Part shown: piece by piece, positions 10,274 to 23,730 of the stretch
Layout of the letters: every line of letters starts with the position of its first letter
Numbering within the stretch: position 1 is the stretch's first letter
Made by a program: the position numbers and the translations under genes
Notes under the pieces: model-generated
Database searches by the model: none
The model's input: only the letters and a program-made list of their open reading frames with translations
Told to the model about the DNA's origin: nothing
Source: Octopus vulgaris
Lineage: Eukaryota
Assembly (NCBI GenBank): GCA_951406725.2
Contig: OX597814.1
Location: 164,114,001-164,178,000, forward strand
Length of the DNA: 64,000 bases
Reading direction: 5' to 3'

Positions 10274-13200
10274 AGCTTCTTAACTACTATTCTCAGCAAG
10301 GTGAATTAAACACATAAAGTCTCATGGAGGATAGAGAAGCTTGAAGCTGCACCCCTCTGTCTTTCATGGGGTAATGTCAACTGATTTGTAGTCTCAGCTC
10401 TGTTTGACTTATAAGTTTTTATTCCGATTTTTAAGACATTTCCTTTATTTTGGTGAGGGATGGGGAATGTTAAAATAAGACTTTTGCAGAACTTAATACG
10501 TATCTGAGGATAGAATGACACTGAATGAAAGTATCCTTTTCAAGAGCTGATATGATATTTAATCCAACATACATTGATTTTACTAAAATTACTATATGTA
10601 AATAGCAGAATAGCCAAATTTTTCTACAGCAAAGCTTTGAGTGAGATGTTAAGAGAAACCGTCTTTCTTTTTGAATGTTGTAAACTTCCACTTGAAGAGG
10701 ATCTTAACTAGAAGTAATAAATTCAGCTGGCTGAAATTCAACATCACACTTTGTTCTTATGTTATGAATCTTCTTAAGGTCTTTATCAGTTGTCTGAAGA
10801 TTAACAGCTGAAAAAGAAAACTGCCAGCTGAGAAAGAAAAAATGTATGACTGTTCAGTATAAATCCAGCATGTTACAGATAAATAACGCTGGGATTGGAG
10901 TCCTCCTGTGCTCAGACAATCCAGATGTCAATGTATCAGATGATTAATAGCTTATAGTTTAATAGTGTTCAGAATTAAACTATACTTTTAAATGGGCATG
11001 TAAAAACAAATCATATATTTATTATACACATATACACTTTGTGTGTGTATTAATGAAAAATAAAGAAAATAAAGAGATTAAAAGGAAAGAAAGAAAGAAG
11101 AAAAATTTTATTCAGAATATCAACTAATAGCCTATATAGCAAGCATCCATAACATTGACTCACAAGCCAGACCTAGTCTACTTACTCTAATTAAGGATAA
11201 CAATTATTGAAAAGTTAGCTGAAGCCAATGTGATTAGATAATTCATCTATAATTTCAAGCTACAAGGAGAGTGAAGAAAGCTAACAATTTACTAAAGATT
11301 TAATGAAAGTATCTGGCAAGTACTTTTAGCATAAAGATATTTAAGAGATAATGAATGCATTAAAATAATAAAAAGAAAATAAGAGTGCCTGGCAGATTTA
11401 CAGCATCAAAACAATAAGCACTATTATGCAGATAGGCCTAATTTAAAGCAAAAATCACTTTTCAAGTTTTTACAAGATTCTTCTCAGAAAGCTGTATCAA
11501 AGAATGTACCACAATTTAAAGAGTATTGTAATTTGCTTGAAGAAGTGCAAAATATGTAGAAAATCAAACTGTTGTAGAAGGCAGTAACCACACACAGAAC
11601 ATAAAACATTAAAAAAAATAATAATAAAGTTACTGGACAGTTTACCTTAGAAATATTTCAATACCTCTCTTAGTATTATTAATTTTATATTTAATGTTCT
11701 ATCTACACAGCTATCATTTTTGTTTTGTAACATGTCCCACCCATGCCAGCAAGGAAGGTGGATGTTAAATGATGATGATGGTGGTAGTGGTGGTGGTGGT
11801 GATGGTGAGATTTCATTTTGAAACCTTACTAAAATAGGCCAAAACAATAAAATTTTCCTTAAACTGAGCTATATTTAATCAGAAATATCTATACCAAAAC
11901 TAAAGATTAAATCACAGATGCCACCTGCTTGTATAACTCCACTGATATTCACCTCTAAAAATAAGAATACAAAGAAAATACATAGAAATGAATTCCATTA
12001 ATAAATTATATATCTTTTTAATTCTCATTTTCTATTTCTTACTGTTTTAATTATTTTTCGTACACAACTAACCTTTCTCATATTTTCCAATCTTGATTTC
12101 AAAAATGTAAAAGAACAAGTAATAAAAGAAGCATAATCAATAATGAGAGCACAGAAAATACAAAGGAAAGTATATATCAATGCCTTTAATGTCTTGGAAA
12201 ATAGCCAAACGGCAGAAATAATGGTTGCATTGATATTCAGTAATTGTTGGTCTTCATGAAAAATGTTTAAAAAATCTGTATATCATTATAGATGGCTAAT
12301 AACTTTAATCTTAAAGATTGCACTCAATAAAGACAAAATACTAATTAAAATCTATATTTTCTTCTTTGTGTTTTCTTTTTCAAAGAAATTCAAATTAAAC
12401 TCAGCCTTACACAAACAGGTCTTTTTAAGGGAGTTCAAAAAAGGCTATGAAGACCACTATCATACTTACACTTACCAATAAAACAAAAGTGTTAAAGAAA
12501 GTTTAAGAAAAAAATTACAAATTGTCAACTAATAAGAAAAAAAAAAACAGCACATTTCTGTTCAATAAAATAAATGCACCCTTTGAAAGCCTAACCAGGT
12601 TCATGGGCCCGGTTTCCCAGTTTCTATGGCGTATGTGTTCCCTAGCTGGATGGGATGCCAGTCCATCGCAGCGTTACTCATTTTTGCTAGCTGAGTGGAC
12701 TGGAGCAACGTGAAATGAAGTGTTTTGCTCAAGAATACAATGTGTCGCCCGGTCCAGGAATTGAAACCACAATCTTACAATCATGATGCTGACACCCTAA
12801 CCACTAAGCCACACGCCTCCACATTTCTGTTCAATAGAAACAGTTATTATGAGATTAATAAAGGTGGTGAGCTAGCAGAATTGTAAGCACGTCAGACTAA
12901 ATGCTTAGCAGTATTTCATCAGTTTGTACATTCTAAGTTCAAATTCCACCAAGGTCCACTTTGTCTTTTATCTTTTCAGAGTCAATAAAATAAGTACCAG
13001 CTGAACACTGGGGTTGATGTAATCAACCTACACCCCAACCCTCCCCTGAAATTGCTGGCCTTGTGCCAAAATTTGAAATCAATATTATGAGATTAATAAT
13101 TCACGAAGAGAATTTAGATATAACAATACAAGAAACATTTGCTTCACAAACAAATAACAACACATAACTGAAAATTCAATATGGAATATATCAAAATAGA

Positions 13201-14387
13201 CTCCTTAACCAGCAACAGTTAAGGAGCACTCTAACTCATCACCAAGTTATAATTATTCATGTCTTCATAACTACCTGACAGCTCACTTACATAACTTGGG
13301 CATCTGGTGTGTGTGTGTGTGTGACTGTGTCTGTTTCTACAAATGGATGGATAGATCAAAATAACAAACTGAGTTTATTAATAACAAGTTTCATATATCA
13401 CCTAGAACATTATGTAATGCTCATATCTTCACATCGCCCCTCACAGAATATTTCTCCTAGAGACACTTTCACTACAAGTATGGCACCATTATTCAACATC
13501 GACATGGGTTCTCTATAAACTAGAAGCACTATCACCTTCATTTGTTTCAAGTGGTTTGTATTTAGTCCACATGATTCAAAGATACCATCAGATTCCTTGT
13601 AAGGACAGCAGTGTTGTTTCCATTTGGCATCAGAAAGCTTTCAATTTCTGATATCAAACCATTAGATTTTATAAAACAGCTACTCATCAATAGAACTTGT
13701 GCATTCTTGATCAGGATGTGATCAAGAGTGCACAAGTTTGATGCCTCATCAATGCTGAAGGACTCTGCAGCTTATTAGCATGAGGAATACTACAATAACT
13801 GAACACTAGTTGGAAAAAAATTACTTTAATTTTTCTCTCTGGGAAGATATCACAAACTTTATTTAACTGTTTGAACTATTTGTTCTGCAATTTCATTGTT
13901 TGCGGGTGATTGGGAAGGGGAAGCAAGTTTGAGGTCAGAGGTTATCATCATGAAATTTTGGGGAACTATGACACCAAAACCTTCAGCACACTTTTGAAAG
14001 TGGTCTCCTTATCAAAACCATGAATGACCACTAGTAGCAGCAATTCGCTACCACTAACAAGGGCACAATCTCTTGAGTACAGGTTTCCAGGGATCTAATT
14101 CCTTGTTCTTTTAAAAATGATTTATCACTTCACATTTAGAACATCTAAGTATGTAGTCCTTGACATCACAAGAAAAACCAGGTCACCATCATTACAACCA
14201 AGAAAATCATTAAAAACTTCAAGCTTTAATTATCTGCCACCTAGATACTTAAGGCAGAACAAGTAAGATCAAAAGTGCCAGATCAAAACGATGCCATTTC
14301 CAGAGTACAAGGTCTTTCAGCAGTGAGAGTGAACCTGAAAGGAGACTTAACTCCTTATACAACCACACCTGCACACACATACACATA

Positions 14388-14850
14388 TCATCATCATCAT
14401 TTAGCGTCCGCTTTCCATGCTAGCATGGGTTGGACGGTTCAACTGGGGTCTGGGAAGCCAGAAGGTTGCACCAGGCCCAGTCTGATCTGGCAGTGTTTCT
14501 ACAGCTGGATGCCCTTCCTAACGCCAACCACTCCGTGAGTGTAGTGGGTGCTTTTTACGTGCCGCCTGCACATGTGCCAAACGGCCACGAACGGATGGTG
14601 CTTTTTACGTGCCACCGGCATGGGGGCCAGGCGAGGCTGGCAACGGCCATGAACGGATGGTGCTTTTTACGTGCCACCGGCACGGAGGCCAGTAGGGGCG
14701 GCGCTGGCAACGGCCACGATCGGATGGTTCGCTTACTTGTCACCAGCACTGGTATCACAGCTGCAATTTCCATTGATGTTGATCGACTTCGATTTTGGTT
14801 CTGCTTTCTGATATCTGATTTGATTTGGTTTGATTTTGATTTTGATTTTT
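14388..14850 (-). mobile_element. RTE LINE 3' UTR fragment
   Basis: Reverse complement of the 27530-28010 region, with (CAT)n at the left end. Confidence 0.88.
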
Positions 14851-15594
14851 GATATGAAAGCATAAATTTCACACACAGTCCATACTTTAAAACAGCTGCT
14901 GAATATGCTACTCTTAAAGACTGTTTTAGCCAATTATGTATATGTATGCAAATCAGCCCCACTTGGATTTATTGCAAGTTGAAGTTTAACAACCTGGTAA
15001 GAGATAGCTGTAAAGATGGGCAATGATGAGAGTGATAAACGTCATTGAAGAATGATGGTTAACAGTAAAGAAGAATGGCAGGTACTGTGAAGGATGGGAG
15101 GTAGAGTAATAAAGGAAAAAGACAGAGGTTATAGAACAGAGACAGGTCAAATGCCAATCTTCACTAAGCAGGCAGCATGGTAGTAAATAGGGAAAATGGT
15201 AAGTAACAGATAAGAGGGTAACAGAAGGAGCATTCAACTGGAAAATAATGGGCAAAAGAGCAATGTGGATGTATTGTACATCCACTAACATTTTAAGGAC
15301 CACTTTACAATGCTTGCACTGGTGGATTGGTGTTTTCCAACACCAACTGTCACCACTTATCATAGTTAATAGCCATCTCCTTCATGAGGTTTCAGCTGGG
15401 GATAGCAGAGACTACTATTAAGTTTCTAGAAATAAAAGAAGACAATCGGGAATATTTAACAAAGAGGAAAGCAAAAAGTAAGAGGTTTGCACATGTTTTG
15501 CAGCATGAAGATCAGAGGAATGAGTGTACCAGACCAATGACATTGGCAAGAAGTGTGAACAGTATGATATTAGTAAACTTACTCTCTTTTTATT

Positions 15595-15900
15595 TATACA
15601 CCCTTTTCAAGCCTTGCCAGGCTCATGGGCTCGGTTTCCCAGTTTCTGTGGCGGATGTGTTCCCTCCAGCTGGACAGGACACCAATACATCACAGCGTTA
15701 CTCATGAAACAGGAAGAAAGAGTGAGAGAAAGTTGGGGCGAAAGAGTACAACAGGGGTCGCCACCACCCCCAGCTGGAGACTCGTGGAGCTTTAGGTGTT
15801 TTTGCTCAATAAACACACACAACGCCCAGTCTGGGAATCGAAACCATGATCCTCTGACCATGAGTCTGCTGCCCTAACCACTGGGCCATTGCACCTCCAC
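15595..15900 (-). mobile_element. tRNA-derived SINE, third family
   Basis: Head gtggagg.gcaatggccca.tggttagggcagc shared with 43023-43220(+); 3' part shared with 12575-12822(-). Confidence 0.8.
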
Positions 15901-15989
15901 ACACTTACTCTTACTGACGCCAAAAAGAAAGAGGCATAAATGATGTGGGTTTTTTTCAAAACCATGAACTAAAAGTTGGAGGAGGAGGG

Positions 15990-16150
15990 ACAGGATAAAC
16001 TACCTGCATTAACTTGCTATAAAAGCAGGTAGTAATTTTACCTTGTCCTTATTCTTAGTGCAAGTTTTGAAGAGTTCAGTTCAATCTTAAAAATTCAGCA
16101 TATTTTGCTTTTATGAATTCAATAAAGGCAACAACATAATGGAAAGTGCT
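15990..16150 (+). mobile_element. Fragment of the same mariner family (5' region)
   Basis: Reverse-complement match to ~1250-1500 (tgctataaaagcaggtagtaat..ccttgtccttattcttagtgcaagttttgaagag). Confidence 0.7.
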
Positions 16151-19100
16151 AGCATGGACAACAGATGTTAAATGATGATGATGATGATGAACAACTGTGC
16201 CAACAAAAACTATCTTGCTCATACAATCATGAAAAATAAACAAGAAACAGCAAAAGAAAAATTAATTTGGAACAAAATAATGACAGAAACAAAGTTTAAT
16301 CCTTAAGTCAAGAGTAATGTAACTTCCATGACACCAGTTTATCTCAATGGTCACAGGAATTTAACACCTTATCATGCAGTGAGATGACTCAAGTTAAGCT
16401 TCAAAACAAGAAAACATTACAACTGAAAATATGGTGTAATAAAACACTGAGCTACCATTGACATTTTTATGTAGAACTTAAAGGATAGACTGGAATTGTT
16501 TCTCATTGTATTCTTCAGCTTCATGGCAAAATTTAAGTTTAGCACTACAAACTAATGGAATATTTGTCAATCACACAGCATCTACTTACAGTAACATCAG
16601 TCAATCACACAACATCTGCTTAGAGTAATGAAATTCATGTCTCAGGCTACATGAATTGAGACAGAGAGTTAAGTATTTTCACTAAGAATAGAGGGTAATG
16701 TTGATGATTGCATGTGAACTGTCAACCTTTGAGTTAGTTGGCCAGTCTCCTAATGACTTTGCCTGCTGTAATTCTCTAACAGTAGAGAGAGAGGACTTAA
16801 CACTGGATAAAGAAAATGAAAAAAATAATAAAGCTATGACTGAAGGGCATAAAAACACATGTCAAAGCTACAAAGAGAATAATAGTAAGTATTATTGAAT
16901 ATCATACAAAATAGATTACAAACTGCTGCCAAAATTAGTATCGGTTTGATGATGGAGATAATGGTGGGAGTAGTGAAGAGTATGATGATTATGATGACAA
17001 CAATGTTGATGAAGCTATTATCATCAGGACATAAATAGAGGCATTGACTATTTTATAAGAGGGAAAGGGCAAATAAAACATACTGATTGGAGGAAGTGTT
17101 TGGCAAAATTATATATTTGCATGTGTGAGATATAGGGAGCAAGATTCATATAATTTACCTCTGTGTGTGTGTGTATGTGTGCACACATGCATGTGTGAGT
17201 ATGTATGAACACACACATGCATGGAAACTGCAGCCAAATGTACTGTTGGTTTGATAATGAGGATGATGATGGAGATTGTTAATTGAAGCTAAGAAGTGGG
17301 TGATATCAGATACTGAATCTGATATAATGTACAAACTGCTAGCTTTAATGTTGGTTTAATACAGGTCATCAGAAAGTAATGTACCATTAATAGATTTAAT
17401 TTTTTTCTAAAAAAAAAAAAAAAAATCAATATTTGGCACCCTCTGTGAAAAACTGATTACAACTATCTACATTGATAATTTGGTAAAAAAAAAAAATACA
17501 TCAAGTTATATCTTGGTTTCATATTTATCACCTGCTGCTTCATTTCCTTTTGCCTGAGGCTATATTTACTACTATTACTATTACCACCATCACTGCCACT
17601 GCCAGCTTCACAATTTTCAATTTTCTTCTCTAGTCTAAATAAATAAAAGCTATAAGAGCATCAGTAATATGGGATGCAGGTATGTTAGAAACCGAAGAAG
17701 TGTAACTATTCCTACCTAGTCAACACTTTGTGCATTACATCATGAATAAAGAAACTATAGAGGTAACAATATTTCAGTCACAGATGTGATCTCTTGCTTA
17801 CAGCAATGAGAGGCCCACTATCTGTAGTTCCAAAAAACCTGAGTCTTGACTTATACTGAATTTGGATTATAATGAGATAGTTGCATCAAACAATCAACCT
17901 CATTCTCTTTCTGGTCATTAGCAAGGCAGGGTGACTGGAGATATAACAGGGATGTCATGGAGTAACTAGAGCAATCAGCACATCTTACTCTGTTCTAAGA
18001 TACGTGTCCCACAGCCTTTCTACTTGTTGAAACTTGACTCCCTATTGGTAGATTTGTTTCTCCTACACAATCCACTAAAAATCCAGTCTTCACATGTGTA
18101 GGACAAGACCTTTAAAAAAATGCTACCAAGAGTTTAAAACTCATCAGCTATTCTCAAACTAGTCTAGCATATCTATTTATGTCTTTGAATAGGAGGGTAG
18201 TCCATTGCGAGATGCTGAGAATTAGTGGAGCTACAGATAAGAAGTGGCTACCAGGTGGGAGCTAATGGCAAATGAACTGTCCTGAAAAAGAATTGGTAGG
18301 ACCCCTTACCAAATCTTTTGGTAAAGGAGTCCTGCCAATTTATCTTCAGTTTATGTAGTATTAAGTAAACGAAAAATAAATGTCTCATTGAATATATTTG
18401 GCTTGTTTCAAATTGCTTTCTCATGGAAATCTACAAGAGGCTAAAAATTTGAACTCAGCATTGCTAAGTAACAAATATTTCCTTAGTTTTACACAGCAGA
18501 TGCTTTTCTTCTCGTTTTGATAAAATTATACCATCCACATCACTTACAAATAAGTGGACAGGGTATTTTCATACAATGCAGTGCTCGTGACAGAATATGA
18601 ACTGTTGATCGGTTGGCTGGTTACCTGATAGTCTATTGATTCAGTTATCTATGATCTTTAGGAGCAATCTGTATCAAAAATGAAGTTGAAAGCAAAGCAA
18701 GGATATTATTATCAGAGCTATCAAGAATAAATGACGATAACCCAATGAAGGAGTTTCTATGTGGTCATTCAAGCTATTAGAAATAGCAGCTAAATTTTCT
18801 TTAAACTGTACCATACCTCTATCTCAAAAGAGGAAAGACACATTAGATAATGTAGTCAAAGATAACACTATACTTTCAAAAAAAAAAAACAAATGATCAA
18901 GGCTTGAACAACCCTGGTCATACATCTGCTCAGCAGGAGCTGACCTGGGTTAAACATAAACAACTAGTTGGGTTTGGAAAAGATGTTTTACTAAAGTTAT
19001 GAGAAATACACTTAGTAAAGAAATGAAAATTTTATTTTTTATTGTGTATCTGAGTTTTATCTCTTTGAAACCATTTTAAAATATAACAAAAGCCTGTCAG

Positions 19101-19614
19101 TTGATGTTATGAGCAGATATTTCCAAACTTTGAACATTTTTTTTTAAAACTTGTACAGTGATATCACATTTCTTCTGAAGACATCATGGTTTGTTGTGTT
19201 ACTAAATAACCATTTGGAGTGCGAGAAGGACATACAAAGGATGATTACTTTATAATTTAGCTATTTTAATGGAATCTTGTCTGTATGTCGTTGCCATAGT
19301 TAGTCAACAGATTTGTGGTCTTGTAAATGGAATGAAGGGAGTGAAGATGGAATGAGCAGATAGAAGCAGAAATCAAGAAGTAAAATTTGCATCTAAAAGT
19401 ACAGGACTCAAAAAAGTCTTTTTGATGAAAGCAAATTTGAGATGTGACAAGAAAATTTTAATTGGTGCAAGTTGTAGTAAATAGTAAAGGTACCGTTTCC
19501 ACACATATTAGGGCCATGCCAGTAGATAAGCTGAACTAGCAGAGATTAATGAATTCTTCAACTAAGTGTATTGAAAGCAGGTTGTTGATAAAAGAATAAC
19601 AATAATAATAATAA

Positions 19615-20673
19615 TCTTTTCTACTATAGGCACAAGGCCTATAATTTGGGGGAGGAGGATAGTCAATTACATTGACCCCAGCACTCAACTGGTATTTATT
19701 TTACCAACCCCAAAAGGATGAAAAGCAAAGTCAACCTCGGCAGAATTTGAACTCAGAACAGAAGTCTGATGAAATATCACTAAGCATTTTACCTGGCATG
19801 CCAATGATTCTAAGAGCTTGTAGCCAATAATAATAATAATCCTTTGTACTAAAGGCATAAGGCCTGAAAAATTGTGGGTGGGTGAACTAGTTGATTACAT
19901 CAACTCCAGTATTTCACTGGTAATTAATTCATCGACCCCAAAAGGATGAAAGGCAAAGTTGACCTCAGCAGAATTTGAACTCAGAACATAGCAGCAGGTG
20001 AAATACCTATTTCTTTACTACCCACAAAGGGCTAAACACAGAGAGGACAAACGGATTAAGTCAATTTTATCGACCCAGTGCATAACTGGTACTTATTTAA
20101 TCGACCTCGAAAGGATGAAAGGCAAAGTCAACCTCGGTGGAATTTGAACTCAGAATGTAGCAGCAGGTGAAATACCGCTAAGCATTTCACCTGGTGTGCA
20201 AATAATTCTGCCAGCTTGCTGCCTTAATAATAATGATAATAATAATAATGTTAATAATAATAATGATGATGATGATTAACTTTTCTACTATAAGCACAAT
20301 GGCTGAAATTTGAGAGAAAGAGGCAAGTGGATTACACTGATCCCCAAAAGGGTAAAAGGCAAAACCAACCTTGGCAGCATTTGAACTCAGAATGTAAAGC
20401 CAGAAAAAATTCCATGGAGTCCAGCATGCTTACAATTCTGTCAGCTTGCTGTCTTAATAATGATGGTTTCAAATTTTGGCACAAAGCCAGCAATTTCAGG
20501 GGAGAGGGTAAGTTGATTACATCAAATCCAATGCTCTACTGATACTTATTTTACCAACCCCAAAACACTGAAAGGCAAAGTCAGCTTTAGTGGCATTTGA
20601 ACTCACAACAAAAAGCCAGAAAAAAATGCAGTAAAGCATTAGTCCAGCATGCTTACAATTCTGCCAGGCCATC

Positions 20674-20708
<35 letters not shown>

Positions 20709-21090
20709 CCTTCCTACTATAGGCACAAGACCTGAAATTTGGGGGAGGGGATAGTCAATTACATCAACCCCAGTACTTGACTGGTACTTAATTTATCAAT
20801 TCCGAAAGGATAAAAGGTAAAGTCGACCTCAGTGGAATTTGAACTGAGAATGTAGCAACAGGCGAAATACCTATTTCTTTACTACCCACAGAGAAGACAA
20901 ACAAGGACAGACAGACGGATTATGTCGATTATATTGACCCCAGTGTGTAACTGGTACTTAATTTATCGACCCCGAAAGGATGAAAGGCAAAGTCGACCTC
21001 GGCAGAATTTGAACTCAGAATGTAACGGCAGACAAAATACCGTTAAGCATTTCATCGAGTGTGTTAACAATTCTGCCAGCTCACTGCTCT
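19615..21090 (-). mobile_element. Tandem cluster of about seven tRNA-derived SINE units separated by (AAT)n
   Basis: Repeated gacccc(g/a)aaaggatgaaaggcaaagtc.acctc.g..gaatttgaactcagaa. Other copies lie near 12863-13088(+), 28010-28225(+), 28580-28790(+), 35380-35590(+), 44160-45140(-) and 49150-49360(-). Confidence 0.9.
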
Positions 21091-21098
21091 AATAATAA

Positions 21099-21480
21099 TG
21101 CTATATAGTTGATGTTGCATGCCCCTTTCACCCATGAATAGTCAAGAAGGAAAGAGAAAAGATATATAAATACAACCATCTTAAGTACAAAATAGCCCGG
21201 CTATGGAAAATGAAGGTGAAGATAGTACCAATTATAGTTGGGTCCTTGAGAACAGTATAAGAAGGTATCAAGGAGAATATAAAAGAAATTGGAATAGAGT
21301 ACTCAGTAGAACTGTTACAAAAGGTTTGCTTCCTTGGCACGACCAGAATAATCAGGAAAGTATTAGAAAGCTGAAAAGAATGGATAGCATGGAACTATAG
21401 GCTGCAGGTAGCAAGCCCATTACACATGTAAAACTCCAGGAGCTCCAACAAAACCTGTGATAAAGAGAAATAATAATAAT
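21099..21480 (+). mobile_element. 3' fragment of an R4/Dong-like non-LTR retrotransposon (restriction-like endonuclease end)
   Basis: CYIVDVACPF..EKIYKY..LKYKIARLWKMKVKIVPIIVGSL..LLQKVCFLGTTRIIRKVL*, flanked by (AAT)n. Confidence 0.8.
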
Positions 21481-23194
21481 GGTTTCAAATTTTGGCACAA
21501 GGTCAGCAATTCCGAGGGGGTATGATGAGAATGGCAACAACAAGCATTCATCACTGCTTTAATATTACTTCTTCCACACAGGTATATGTTGGACAGTTCT
21601 GTTGTACACTGACACAGCATATAATTACATATCTCCATCTTTTGTCATCACTTCCATGAATCCCAGTATCCTGAAATCTGACAGGAGTAGTTCTTTCCAT
21701 ATCTTCCATTAATATTCTCCACTGAGAGGACTCTTCAGAAATTGATAAGCATCCATACTAGTGAAGTTGTCTCAGCTCACCTGCATTCTGTTAGTCTATC
21801 AAAGATCTCACAGCATATAATATGTACCAATTTATTACAGAGCTTATCAAGGTGCTAATATTATTATATTGAGAAAAAATAGTTCTAATGCTACTGAATA
21901 CAATATTGGTACAGAAGAAATTTTTTTTTAAATGTTTCAAAATATTTTAAAGACTGATCAAGGTGAGGTTAATATATGAAATATCAAATAACCTTTCTAA
22001 AAAGATCTTCTTTCCATCCTCTCAAATACTTCCCCCATTTCCTGTTTTGCAAGTTACGTGGCCACCCCATTAGTACCAGTGGTACAAGGAAAGCACCCAG
22101 AACACACTGTAAAATGGTTGACATTAGGAAGGGCATCCAGCTGTAGAAGCCATGCCAGAACTGACATGGAGTATGATGCAGCCCTGTGGCTCACAAGATC
22201 CTGTCAACCCATGCCACCACAGCAAACAGATGTTAAATGATGATGATCTTGCCAACAGGATACCACAGAACTATATAAACATAGTACATTTTATATATAT
22301 TTTGAAAACCTTATGATCAAACTTATAGCTACCAGCATCGGAAACAACATATTTTACCAATTCTCTCAAATTTACCTTCATTTATAGTCCTTGTTAAATT
22401 TAGAACATATACCCAGAATAAATTATGCCCTCTTATTTGTATGCCTGTGTTCTTGTAGCTTACTTAAAAAAAGAAAGGTTAGACTCCTGCTAATAGCTTC
22501 AATACTGTGTAATTAAACGCATTGCAAGAACAGAATATGATTACAGACAATTAACATCTTGAACTTAAAATGTCGTTTATTTGGGCATTTGGCTGAGTAA
22601 TAAAATTTTTGATATTATATCATTAATAATAATTAATATCATGTTTCTTATAAATTAGTCAGAAGTGGAATAGTTATGCCTAGGCTGGAGAAATCAATGC
22701 AGTTGATAACCATGTTGAACATTTGCAAATCAGTGTTAAGTAAACTCCAGGGGCTTCCGTGCTGGACAATGTGTTTATAACAATTAGGTTGAGTAGGAAG
22801 AGAAGGAATAAAGCAATTGTATAATAAACTGTAGAATAAAGCAGATGCAGTTATAATACTGATAGAAGAAACAAGAGGACACTGCATTAGTGTTTACGCT
22901 AATGATTTGCAGTGTGTTGGTGAGAAAATTGTCAATGAGTATCCCATTACAAATTTTTCAAAAACAAAAGTAAACTGTTCAATTCAAGATCAGCTTTGCA
23001 TATGTTAAAGTGTATAAGCTAGCATTCAATAAAATCTTGTACAGATTATGTATCATTGGTTAGGAGTTAGAGTTCAAGGTTAGGGGTCGTTTTAGGATTT
23101 AAGTATAGAGTGTATGGTTGGGATTAGGGTTTAAAATATATGATGGCAATGGTTGGAAAGCAGTAGTTCTGGTGAAATTACTTTGCACCAGGGG

Positions 23195-23730
23195 TGTAAC
23201 CAGCCCACTTATGTGTACCTTTCCTTCATTGGACACTAAACTGTTTACGAAGACCTGTTGAGGCAAGTGAAATCAAATACGATGATTGGCATCCATGCTA
23301 GTGGAGTGCTAAGAGTACCATACGAGCGTAATCGTTGCCAGAGCAACAAGCTGGCCTCCGTGCTGATGGCACGTAAAAAGCATCACTTGAGCGTGATCGT
23401 TACCTGCATCGCCTTACTGGCACTTGTGCTGGTGGCACATGAAAAAACATTCAAGCAAGGTCATAGCCAGTGCTACTGGACTGGCACTTGTGCAGGTGGC
23501 ACATAAAAAGCAACATTTGAGCATGGCTGCTGCCAGTACCGCCTGACTGGCCCTCGTGCCGGTGGCACGTAAAAGCACCAACTTTTTGGCGTTAGGAAGG
23601 GCATCCAGCTGCAGAAACTCTGCCAGATCAGATTGGAGTCTGGTGCAGCCATCTGGGTCGCCAGACCTGTCAAATCGTCCAACCCATGCTAGCATGTTAA
23701 GTGGACGTTAAACGATGATGATGATGATGA
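23195..23730 (+). mobile_element. RTE LINE 3' UTR fragment (different subfamily)
   Basis: agcccacttatg..gaagacctgttgaggcaagtga start, four GTGC..GGCAC units, (GAT)n tail. Shorter relatives lie near 2925-3130, 5070-5245, 22060-22245, 29970-30200, 35870-36060, 39150-39360, 60690-60850 and 61290-61570. Confidence 0.85.

Noticed and set aside
10300-10960. Coding-like tract in TMX3 intron 2
   Set aside because: Stops in the frames I read and no recognisable motif; probably an unclassified old TE.
21099-21480. Dong/R4 element as the mobilising partner of the adjacent SINE
   Set aside because: No shared 3' end, and the tails have opposite polarity ((TAA)n versus (ATT)n).
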